IMG/VR virus record: IMGVR_UViG_3300025769_015982
Location: 22,013-86,012 of that record
Length of the DNA: 64,000 bases
From: a virus
Strand: one strand, 5' to 3'
The notes beneath the pieces were generated by a model. The model was not told the origin of the DNA and made no database searches. It saw only the letters and a list, made by a program, of their open reading frames with translations. Below, in pieces: positions 1-8,326 of the stretch (within the stretch, counting starts at the first letter, position 1; the number at the start of each line of letters is the position of its first letter). Both the position numbers and the translations under genes were made by a program.

Positions 1-236
1 ATGGTTATGAGAATGATGAAAAGCGGCTTAAGGAGATTGTAAAACAATTTTCTATTACATTTGGTGGTTCAAAAGATGATGTAGTTGCATTTATGGAGAA
101 TTTTGATGGTACTCTTGAGGAAATGTACTATGCTTATGCTAGAATTAAAGGTATTAAAAACGTTAGTTTATTAGAAACTATGCCTGTAAAAAGACGTGGG
201 CGCGGTAGGCCCCGTAAAAATCCTTTAATACAATAA
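1..236 (+). CDS. 5'-truncated hypothetical protein with C-terminal AT-hook
   Basis: Frame 3 is open from the window edge to TAA at 234-236 and ends KRRGRGRPRKNPLIQ (RGRP AT-hook core). Not in the ORF track. Confidence 0.7.
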   Translation, partial: GYENDEKRLKEIVKQFSITFGGSKDDVVAFMENFDGTLEEMYYAYARIKGIKNVSLLETMPVKRRGRGRPRKNPLIQ

Positions 237-239
237 AGT

Positions 240-704
240 ATGGGAAAATTTCAATCAACAAAATTATTTGACGGATTCAGCTGTGTGTTCCGTCAGTGGA
301 AAGCAGAAAACACACATTGTAGATTTATGCATGGTTATGGAATTAGCTTTAGAGTATGGTTCGAAGGTGGACTAGACGACCGGAATTGGGTTTGGGACTT
401 TGGGGGTATGAAACGTGCTCAAACTAAAATTGACGGTATGAATCCTAAAACCTGGATGGATTATATGTTTGATCATACTATATTGGTTGCTAAAGACGAT
501 CCAATGCTTAGTTTAATTAATGAATTAGAACACAATAAAATAGCCCAAGTTAGAGTAGTAGAGGCTACAGGTGCTGAAAAATTTGCTGAATTTATATTTA
601 ATAAACTAAATACATTTGTACAAACTGAAACTGATAGTAGGGTTAGAGTAGCAAAAGTAGAATTTATGGAACACGGTAAAAACACTGCTATTTATGAAGG
701 TTAA
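240..704 (+). CDS. queD: 6-carboxy-5,6,7,8-tetrahydropterin synthase (QueD/PTPS family, variant ligand set)
   Basis: HCRFMHGY, WVWDFG, FDHT and terminal EHGKN motifs; neighbours queC and queE. Confidence 0.9.
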   Translation: MGKFQSTKLFDGFSCVFRQWKAENTHCRFMHGYGISFRVWFEGGLDDRNWVWDFGGMKRAQTKIDGMNPKTWMDYMFDHTILVAKDDPMLSLINELEHNKIAQVRVVEATGAEKFAEFIFNKLNTFVQTETDSRVRVAKVEFMEHGKNTAIYEG

Positions 705-1485
705 AGTTTCACACGAAGTCCCCCTCCCACTACTTGAGGTTAGTAAAGATTTTAACGACTATGATTACTGCCTCCCCCACTTACTAGACCAACATGATTT
801 ATACGAACAGTATTTTAGGCAAGCTAAAGTCGAAGGTAGGTATATAATTATGGATAATTCTCTCCATGAATTAGGAGAAGCATATGATACTAAACGTCTA
901 TTGCATTGGGTAAATGAACTTAAACCTAATGAATTTATTGTACCCGATGTCTGGGAAAATTGTAATGCTAGCGTTAGGAATGCTAAAACATGGGCTTCTG
1001 TTGAATTACCTGAAGGAGTAGAAAAAGTAGCAGTTGTACAAGGAAAATCATATATAGAGTTTGCTACCGGATACCAACGTTATAAGTGGTTAGGTTACCA
1101 AAAAATAGCATTTAGTTATGGGGCGTCTTGGTTCCAAGAAACGTTTCAGCACCCAAACCCATACGTAGCTAAAATGATGGGTCGTTTAAAAACTATTAAT
1201 AATCTTTATAAAAATAATGTTATAGGAGATTATGATAGAGTACATCTTTTAGGGTGTAATTTACCCCAAGAATTCCTTTACTATAAAGACTTCCCATTTA
1301 TTGAATCTATAGATACTTCAAACCCTGTTATACATGCTTTAAAGGGAATGAGGTATTCCGAGGGGGGTTTATTACATAAAGACAAAGAAAAAATCGACGA
1401 AAATTTCGTTCAACCAATATCCCCAAAACAAAAAGAAGACGTTTTACACAATGTAAAAATGTTTAGAAAAATTAATCAACTATGA
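694..1485 (+). CDS. dpdA: TGT-fold DNA-guanine transglycosylase-like protein (DpdA-like)
   Basis: IMDNS, VAVVQG, RVHLLG and SIDTS motifs of the TGT barrel; no tRNA-TGT Zn domain; inside the Que cluster. Confidence 0.65.
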   Translation: MKVKVSHEVPLPLLEVSKDFNDYDYCLPHLLDQHDLYEQYFRQAKVEGRYIIMDNSLHELGEAYDTKRLLHWVNELKPNEFIVPDVWENCNASVRNAKTWASVELPEGVEKVAVVQGKSYIEFATGYQRYKWLGYQKIAFSYGASWFQETFQHPNPYVAKMMGRLKTINNLYKNNVIGDYDRVHLLGCNLPQEFLYYKDFPFIESIDTSNPVIHALKGMRYSEGGLLHKDKEKIDENFVQPISPKQKEDVLHNVKMFRKINQL

Positions 1486-1952
1486 ATCTAGTTTTAATCA
1501 CAATTACAATTTGCGCCCTAGCTTTTACTTATTATGTTTGGCGTTTCCATGACCAGTTAGCTGAACGAAAAGCAGAAGCCCAATTAGTAAAATGGAAACT
1601 TAAAGAAGAAAAAGCAATTAGAGAAGATGCTTACCAACGTTCTAGAGCAGTTAGCTTTGGTAAAACAATTGAACATTATGTCCCATTTATGGAAAATTTT
1701 CCTATCAACCCTAATGATGTAAGATTTTTTGGTAACCCAATTGATTATATCGCTTTTACAGAAATGGGATCAAAGAAAAAATGTGCAGTACATTTCTTGG
1801 AAGTTAAAAGTGGGGAAAGTAACTTAAACGCAAGACAAAGAAATATTAAGGATGCTATTCAAAAAGGTAGAGTTTACTGGCATGAGTATAATGCAGATGG
1901 TATCTGGACACATGAAACAAAAGATCAACATTTAAATAAAAAAGAAAAATGA
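1482..1952 (+). CDS. Membrane-anchored PD-(D/E)XK endonuclease related to archaeal Holliday junction resolvase
   Basis: Hydrophobic N-terminal helix, coiled coil, RFFGNPIDYIAF and FLEVKSG...RQRNIKDAI motifs. Confidence 0.75.
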   Translation: MNLVLITITICALAFTYYVWRFHDQLAERKAEAQLVKWKLKEEKAIREDAYQRSRAVSFGKTIEHYVPFMENFPINPNDVRFFGNPIDYIAFTEMGSKKKCAVHFLEVKSGESNLNARQRNIKDAIQKGRVYWHEYNADGIWTHETKDQHLNKKEK

Positions 1953-2785
1953 CTAAACAAGCAGTATTGTCACTAAGTGGAGGTATGGACAGCTCCACAG
2001 TGTTGCTTCATCTACTCGCCAATGGCTATGAAGTGACAGCACTGTCTTTCGATTATGGGCAAAAACACAGAGTAGAACTTGATAGGGCCCAATCATTAGT
2101 AAATTATATTAATGATAAAGCAATTCAATCTAATTTAGACGGAGATTTTATTAAAAGATATTCTAAAGTTAAATATGGGGTTATTAAACTTAATGGTTTA
2201 GCTCCTATGCTTAATAGTGCCCTTGTAGAAGGTGGAGATGAAGTACCCGAAGGGCACTATGAACAGGAAAACATGAAAGAAACTGTTGTTCCTAACCGTA
2301 ATAAAATTTTCTCATCCTTAATTCAGGCTGTTGCCTTATCAATTGCAAATAAAAAAGATACAAAAGTCGATATCGCTATGGGTATTCACGCAGGTGATCA
2401 TGCTATTTACCCTGACTGTAGACAAGAATTCCGAGATGCTGACTATACGGCCTTCCTGGAAGGTAATTGGGACGCTGATCGGGTTAGCTATATTACCCCT
2501 TACCTTAATGGTGATAAGTTTGATATCCTTAAAGATGGACTCGAGTGTTGCGAGAAACTGGGTCTTAGATTTGACGAAGTATATCGAAATACAAATACTT
2601 CTTACAAGCCCATTAATATTGCTCATGAGTGGTACAGCGATTATAAATCAGCTTCATCGGTCGAAAGGGTTGAAGCCTTTATTAAATTGGGAAGACCTGA
2701 TCCAGTACAGTATGCTGATGAATCAGGAGTTGTCAATTGGGAAACTGTACGAAACCATGTGGAAAAAGTCTTAGAAAATGCTTAA
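1949..2785 (+). CDS. queC: 7-cyano-7-deazaguanine synthase (Zn-cysteine-less variant)
   Basis: PP-loop SGGMDS, FDYGQKH, VPNRN and YPDCR motifs. Confidence 0.92.
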   Translation: MTKQAVLSLSGGMDSSTVLLHLLANGYEVTALSFDYGQKHRVELDRAQSLVNYINDKAIQSNLDGDFIKRYSKVKYGVIKLNGLAPMLNSALVEGGDEVPEGHYEQENMKETVVPNRNKIFSSLIQAVALSIANKKDTKVDIAMGIHAGDHAIYPDCRQEFRDADYTAFLEGNWDADRVSYITPYLNGDKFDILKDGLECCEKLGLRFDEVYRNTNTSYKPINIAHEWYSDYKSASSVERVEAFIKLGRPDPVQYADESGVVNWETVRNHVEKVLENA

Positions 2786-3551
2786 AAGAATAGAAGATTA
2801 TAATAAAGTTCTACCTATAGTAGAAGTATACCGCTGTGTGCAAAGTGAGGGCTCCCGTTTTGGGCGCCCCACTATTGCAATTAGAACCACAGGGTGTACC
2901 CACCGTTGTTGGTTCGGAGAAGGTGGCTGGTGTGATAGTTGGTATACAAGTATTCACCCTGAAAAAGGTACCTTTACTTTTAACGATATAATCGCTATTT
3001 ATGACGAGAACCCACAAGTTAAAGAAATGATGCTTACAGGTGGGTCACCTACAATGCATGCTGCCCTAGTAAATGAAATTACACATTTTGCCAAAGAAAG
3101 AGGAATCCTCGTTACAATTGAAACCGAAGGATCCCATTTCCTTGAGACTGATAACCCCATTGATCTCATTTCTCTTAGCCCTAAATTTTCTAATTCTGTA
3201 CCTAGGGTGGGCATTACTACTCCCGGTGGTAAAATTGTTGATGAAAGGTTTGTCAAAACTCATAACCGTTTTAGATTACATTATGAAAATATTAGGAAAA
3301 CTTTAGATTACCATAAAGACTACCATTACAAGCCTGTTTGGGATGGTACAGACGAATGTTTAGCTGAGATAGAGGAGTTTAGAGTAAAAATGGATATCCC
3401 TAAAGATAAAACCTATGTTATGCCAGCCGGGGATACTCGTGAAACATTAGTTGAAATGTATCCTAAAGTATTTGAAATGGTAGCAGAACATGGTTATAAT
3501 ATGACAGGTAGAGACCATATAATAGCATACGACACAGAAAGAGGAGTATAA
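2778..3551 (+). CDS. queE: 7-carboxy-7-deazaguanine synthase (radical SAM)
   Basis: QSEG..GRPTIAIRTTGC, CxxxC-x7-CDS, LTGG, IETEG and SLSPK motifs. Confidence 0.9.
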   Translation: MLKRIEDYNKVLPIVEVYRCVQSEGSRFGRPTIAIRTTGCTHRCWFGEGGWCDSWYTSIHPEKGTFTFNDIIAIYDENPQVKEMMLTGGSPTMHAALVNEITHFAKERGILVTIETEGSHFLETDNPIDLISLSPKFSNSVPRVGITTPGGKIVDERFVKTHNRFRLHYENIRKTLDYHKDYHYKPVWDGTDECLAEIEEFRVKMDIPKDKTYVMPAGDTRETLVEMYPKVFEMVAEHGYNMTGRDHIIAYDTERGV

Positions 3552-4063
3552 TGGAAAAGATAATTAGTGAAAAAGAGCTAGATATTAAAATTAAAATTCT
3601 AGCTAAAAAAATAAATGATGAACATAGAGGTGATCCTACACCTGTAGTATTAGTTTGTATCTTAAATGGCGGATTTATGTTTTTTAGTGACCTCGTAAAA
3701 CAAATTACCATTCCAATTGAAATAGATTTTATTCGTTGTAAATCTTATTTAGGTAGAAAACAAGGTGATTTAGTAGTAACTAAAGATTTAGAAACAAAAA
3801 TTAAAAATAAACATGTTTATCTTGTAGATGATATATTAGATTCAGGTAATACTATGAAAGCAGTTACTAAGTTTCTTTCGGTTAAAGAACCTAAATCAGT
3901 TACTCCTGTAGCAGCAATTTATAAAGAAAGTGTGGACTTTAAGAAAGTACTTCATATATTTAAACAAGATACCGATTCATTATTTGATCCATGGTACATA
4001 GGGTATGGTATGGATGATGAGAATGGACACAATAGAAATTTAAGCACTATTTATACAATATGA
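3551..4063 (+). CDS. hpt: Hypoxanthine/guanine phosphoribosyltransferase
   Basis: LNGGFMFFSDL, KSY loop, PRPP-binding VYLVDDILDSGNT, and GYGMD. Confidence 0.88.
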   Translation: MEKIISEKELDIKIKILAKKINDEHRGDPTPVVLVCILNGGFMFFSDLVKQITIPIEIDFIRCKSYLGRKQGDLVVTKDLETKIKNKHVYLVDDILDSGNTMKAVTKFLSVKEPKSVTPVAAIYKESVDFKKVLHIFKQDTDSLFDPWYIGYGMDDENGHNRNLSTIYTI

Positions 4064-5064
4064 TCGCAAAAGCAAGCTACTATAAATTAATACATCAAAT
4101 GCAAAATAAAGTAATAGACACCCAAAAATTTAACCATAGTTATGATCACGAATTTTCTCCTACAAAAGAATATTTAAAATCAATGCCTGATCTCCAAAAT
4201 GGAGATACTATTAAAGGGTCTAAAGTTGGGATTGAGCGAGTAGGTATATCTAATTTTAGATTACCACTTAAAATTCAAATGAAAGATGGTAATGTTATGG
4301 AAGTTGAAGCTTCTGTAATTGGTACTGTATCCCTTGAAGGTGTAAACAAGGGCATTAACATGTCTCGTATTATTAGAACGTTCTATGAGTATAAAGACGA
4401 AACATTTTCACTTGATACACTTGAAAAAGTACTCCTAGGATATAGAGAACGCCTGGGTTCATATGGAGCCCACATCCAAATCAGCTTCAACTACAGATTG
4501 TGGCAAGAGTCAATGCGTTCTGTAGATGCTGAAGGTAATAAAAATGGTGGTTGGCAATATTATAAGGTTACACTTGAATCCTTATTAAAAGAAAGTGGTA
4601 AATTTAATAAATATATCCATTTTGATTATGTATATTCTTCAACATGCCCTTGCTCTACAGAGCTTGCTTTGCACGCACTTGAAGAAAGAAATCAATATGC
4701 AACCCCACACTCACAACGTTCAGTTGCCCGCATTTCGCTTAAACTAAAAGACTTTATTTGGATTGAAGATATCCAAGATATGTGTCTTAAAGCTCTTAAA
4801 ACCGAAACTCAAGTATTTGTTAAGAGAGAAGATGAGCAAGCATTTGCTGAATTAAACGCTGCAAATACTAAGTTTGTAGAAGATGCTGTTAGATTGTTAT
4901 TTGAACAGTTTGATGCTGAAGAACGAGTATTAGATTTTAAAATCATTGCTTCACACAATGAAAGTCTTCACTCACACGATGCAATTGCAGTAATTACTAA
5001 AGGAATTGAAGGTGGATTTAACAAACATGTTTCCATCGCAGATATGAAATCATTAATATACTAA
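4060..5064 (+). CDS. folE2: GTP cyclohydrolase IB
   Basis: KGINMSR, YSSTCPCS, PHSQRS, VKREDE, FVEDAVR and ESLHSHDA motifs. The true start may be slightly downstream. Confidence 0.9.
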   Translation: MIAKASYYKLIHQMQNKVIDTQKFNHSYDHEFSPTKEYLKSMPDLQNGDTIKGSKVGIERVGISNFRLPLKIQMKDGNVMEVEASVIGTVSLEGVNKGINMSRIIRTFYEYKDETFSLDTLEKVLLGYRERLGSYGAHIQISFNYRLWQESMRSVDAEGNKNGGWQYYKVTLESLLKESGKFNKYIHFDYVYSSTCPCSTELALHALEERNQYATPHSQRSVARISLKLKDFIWIEDIQDMCLKALKTETQVFVKREDEQAFAELNAANTKFVEDAVRLLFEQFDAEERVLDFKIIASHNESLHSHDAIAVITKGIEGGFNKHVSIADMKSLIY

Positions 5065-5076
5065 AAAATAAAAGTT

Positions 5077-5277
5077 ATGGCATATTGGCTAGCAAAAGTA
5101 AAAATTGAAGAAGAAACAAATCGTGGTGCCGTTAGATGGACCAACGAACAGTTTATTGTCAACGCTGAAAACGCAACTGACGCAGAAGTAAAATTAACTC
5201 AAGAATATTCCAGTTATCCTATGGATTGGCATGTTGATCAGTTAAAGCAAATTAAAATCGTAAAAGTTATTGAGTAA
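5077..5277 (+). CDS. DUF4494-like small protein
   Basis: W.AKVK..E...EQFIVNA.NATDAE pattern resembles Bacteroidota DUF4494. Confidence 0.55.
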   Translation: MAYWLAKVKIEEETNRGAVRWTNEQFIVNAENATDAEVKLTQEYSSYPMDWHVDQLKQIKIVKVIE

Positions 5278-5813
5278 TGAGTCAAACATATAGAGATTTA
5301 GAAAGAAAAGTCAAAAGTAATGATGTTCCTTTTGTGGATGAGGTAGAGGAATTTAATAAATTAATGAATAAACCCAATAACTATGAACCCACTATTCCAG
5401 AAAAGAAAGAATGGCAATTCGTATATGACTTCGTATTGGAAGAACTTGAGGAATATCGAAACGCATGTGAACGAGGTGACATCGTCGAAATTTTGGACGC
5501 GCTGTGCGACATTGCTTATGTTTCCTTTGGGAACGGAACTATGCTACATGGTCTTAAGGATAAAATTTGGCCAGCCTATCAAGAAGTTCAAGCCTCAAAC
5601 TTATCAAAGGCTTGCTCGACTGAGAAAGAAGCTCAAGCAACGATCGCAGTCAGGTCTGCCGAACAAGGGGAGCCGTGCCACTATGAAAAGTGTGGTGATA
5701 AATATATTGTTTACAGAACGCGTGACAGAAAAGTTATGAAAAATGTTAACTATTTCCGTCCGGATCTTAAACAATTTTTTAACGAAAAAGAATTAAAAAA
5801 TGTCAACTCGTGA
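5277..5813 (+). CDS. MazG-like nucleoside triphosphate pyrophosphohydrolase
   Basis: EELEEY...DIVEILDALCDIAYV acidic motif, EVQASNLSK, and KVMK..YFRPDL. Confidence 0.82.
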   Translation: MSQTYRDLERKVKSNDVPFVDEVEEFNKLMNKPNNYEPTIPEKKEWQFVYDFVLEELEEYRNACERGDIVEILDALCDIAYVSFGNGTMLHGLKDKIWPAYQEVQASNLSKACSTEKEAQATIAVRSAEQGEPCHYEKCGDKYIVYRTRDRKVMKNVNYFRPDLKQFFNEKELKNVNS

Positions 5814-6093
5814 TTATGAAGGGTGGAGACGTTATGGGCAGTGGAAGAAAGAACAATATGAAAATTATCAAAAACAAATGAGTGATAGAGAAATCATGAA
5901 CGCTAAAAGAGTTCAACCAGTAAAATTAAAAAACATAGATCAGATGCCTGATCAAAAGTGGCACCGTATTATTTCCTTTATTAAATCAGGAATTAGAATC
6001 TTAGGTTATGCCCTTATTCCCTTTAACCTAATTACTGCTACAGTAGTTTTAATTGCTAGTGAGGTAGTAGGAATTATAGAAGAATTAGTATGA
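5800..6093 (+). CDS. Hypothetical membrane protein
   Basis: Coupled ORF with a hydrophobic C-terminal half. Confidence 0.6.
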   Translation: MSTRDYEGWRRYGQWKKEQYENYQKQMSDREIMNAKRVQPVKLKNIDQMPDQKWHRIISFIKSGIRILGYALIPFNLITATVVLIASEVVGIIEELV

Positions 6094-6341
6094 AAAAGTT
6101 TTTATATTTTAGTGCCCCATGGTGTGGGCCCTGTAAACAATTAGGTCCAATTATGGATGAACTTCAAGCAGAAGGATATACAGTCCAAAAAATCGATGTA
6201 GATTCTAACCCAGAAATCTGCCAATCGTTTAGTGTCAGAAATGTCCCAACAGTTGTCTTACAAGTAGATAACGTAGAAAAGGGAAGAAAGCTTGGCCTTA
6301 ACCCAAAGAATACATATATTGACCTATATAATCAGGTTTAA
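6090..6341 (+). CDS. Thioredoxin
   Basis: WCGPC active site and VPT cis-Pro motif. Confidence 0.92.
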   Translation: MKKFLYFSAPWCGPCKQLGPIMDELQAEGYTVQKIDVDSNPEICQSFSVRNVPTVVLQVDNVEKGRKLGLNPKNTYIDLYNQV

Positions 6342-8056
6342 TGTATAAAAATTGTTATGTTCAAAGAGGTGATGAGTGGAATCATTACCGAATACACCTA
6401 TGGACCGATGAAGGTTACACTGAAGAGGAATTCCAAAATTATGGTTATCAAGAATGCTCCGAAGCCCAAGCGACCCATAAGGGCCTAAAGGGAGAAAACT
6501 TAAAGAAAGTGTTTAATTGGGATAGAGAAAACCCCCAAATGCACTATTCTGACCATACTAGAGGAAATATCCACACTAAATTTCTTATTGACAAATATGG
6601 TGATGATGATACTCCTTCTGTTACCCATAGGGAAGTATTTTTCGATATCGAGATTGAGATGGGTGGTGCTCTTACCCCAGAATATATTAAACAAGCACCT
6701 AAGCCTGTTACCTCAATTGCATGGTGGGATCGACAATTAGATGATTGGAAAATTATTATTGTAGATAAAGAAGGAAAACTTGAACAAACAATTGATAAAC
6801 AAGGAAGAGAAGTAATCCCCGTAAAACGGGAAACAGACTTATTAGACTTATTTATTAGGATGATGGAAGAAATTCAACCAGATATCCTTGTAGGTTATAA
6901 TAGTGATTATTTTGATATTCCTTACTTATATTATCGAATTAAAAACACAATGGGTGATCGTACAGCAAAACGCCTTTCACCCATTAATATTGTAGAAGAA
7001 CAAACTTGGAATGAGGATGTACCCATCAAAATAGCAGGAGTTAGTTCTCTTGACTATATGCGTTTACATAAAAAATATAGTTTTAAAGATGAACCATCAT
7101 TTAAACTAGATGCATTAGGTGAAAAGTATGTAGGTCAGAAAAAAATTGAGTACGAGGGTTCACTTGATAGGTTATTTGCAGAGGATAAGGAAAAGTTTAT
7201 TGAATATAACTTTGTTGATGTTTTAATACTTAAAAAATTAGACGAAAAATTCCAATATATTAATCTAACTAAAAATCTTGCTCATAAAGGGAAAGTATTA
7301 TATGAAGAAGTATATCTATCCTCTAAAATCCAAGATGGGGCTATTTCAGGTTGGTTATTATCTCAAAATATTATTCCCCCTAATAAGGATTTAAACCCAC
7401 TTACAAAGAAAAACTATGCTGGGGGTTATCTATTCTGCCCCAAAACAGGTATTTACAACTATATGTTTGATGAGGACCTTACATCACTGTATCCCTCAAT
7501 TATTATGTCTCTTAACATTGGTAAAGAAACATACGTTGGTAGAGTATTAGATTTGTATAATGATAGGAATAATAGGTTGGGTTTAAACGATTTAGAAGCT
7601 ATGGTCGCCCAAGACCCCGAAGCAACTATTCCACTTGAAAATACCGCACGTAACCAACAAAATATGCCCGTTAAAGACATAGTCAATAAAATCAAAACCC
7701 ATAATCTTGCGGTTACAGCAAATGGTGTTATGTTTAGAACTGATAAAAAATCAGCACTATCTGTTATACTTGATACTTGGTTTGACGAGCGAGTTAGATA
7801 TAAAAAAGCAATGAAAACTGCTTATAAGAGTGGCAATAAAAAAGAAGGTGAATTGAATCATTTGAAGCAATACACAATGAAAATCTTGCTCAACTCACTT
7901 TATGGTGCAACCGCCCTACCAAGTTTTAGGTATGGTAGTGTTATTTTATCTGAAGGTATCACACTTACAGGACAACGTATTATCCAAGAATCGGCTTTAT
8001 TTGCAAATACACATATGAATAAAGTGCTTCGGGGAGAATTAAAATTAGAATTATAA
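6341..8056 (+). CDS. Family B DNA polymerase, N-terminal part (3'-5' exonuclease, motifs A and B)
   Basis: ExoI FFDIEIE, ExoII GYNSDYFDIPY, ExoIII YNFVDV, motif A DLTSLYPSII and motif B KILLNSLYG; stops before motif C. Confidence 0.93.
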   Translation: MYKNCYVQRGDEWNHYRIHLWTDEGYTEEEFQNYGYQECSEAQATHKGLKGENLKKVFNWDRENPQMHYSDHTRGNIHTKFLIDKYGDDDTPSVTHREVFFDIEIEMGGALTPEYIKQAPKPVTSIAWWDRQLDDWKIIIVDKEGKLEQTIDKQGREVIPVKRETDLLDLFIRMMEEIQPDILVGYNSDYFDIPYLYYRIKNTMGDRTAKRLSPINIVEEQTWNEDVPIKIAGVSSLDYMRLHKKYSFKDEPSFKLDALGEKYVGQKKIEYEGSLDRLFAEDKEKFIEYNFVDVLILKKLDEKFQYINLTKNLAHKGKVLYEEVYLSSKIQDGAISGWLLSQNIIPPNKDLNPLTKKNYAGGYLFCPKTGIYNYMFDEDLTSLYPSIIMSLNIGKETYVGRVLDLYNDRNNRLGLNDLEAMVAQDPEATIPLENTARNQQNMPVKDIVNKIKTHNLAVTANGVMFRTDKKSALSVILDTWFDERVRYKKAMKTAYKSGNKKEGELNHLKQYTMKILLNSLYGATALPSFRYGSVILSEGITLTGQRIIQESALFANTHMNKVLRGELKLEL

Positions 8057-8322
8057 TGGAATTAACACCACAATCTATAAGGAATAATGTTTTTATCGAA
8101 TTAAATGACGAATACATTAAAAAAGAACATGTAATAGAATTAAGCAAAAGTTGGAATGATAAACAGATTTCTTATTTTCGTAAAATGCTAAAACAAGGGG
8201 GTAGTTTAAAAATTAATGGTAATTCTTTTAAAATCACCATTAATGATAGTATAATCTTAAACTCCCGTGGGGAGAAAGATGGTGGTATTATTACCATTCC
8301 AGGAATAGATGAAAGATTTTAA
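8056..8322 (+). CDS. Hypothetical protein between the two polymerase halves
   Basis: 88-aa ORF coupled to the upstream gene by a TAATG overlap. Confidence 0.7.
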   Translation: MELTPQSIRNNVFIELNDEYIKKEHVIELSKSWNDKQISYFRKMLKQGGSLKINGNSFKITINDSIILNSRGEKDGGIITIPGIDERF

Positions 8323-8326
8323 GTAA

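Noticed and set aside
6090-6341. Thioredoxin as a polymerase processivity factor
   Set aside because: That role is known for T7 family A polymerase; this is family B with its own clamp and loader.
8056-8326. Intein, group I intron or frameshift interrupting polB
   Set aside because: There are no intein terminal residues or homing-endonuclease motifs; both halves have clean stops and starts and the insert is a coupled ORF. RT-PCR is still needed to exclude splicing.
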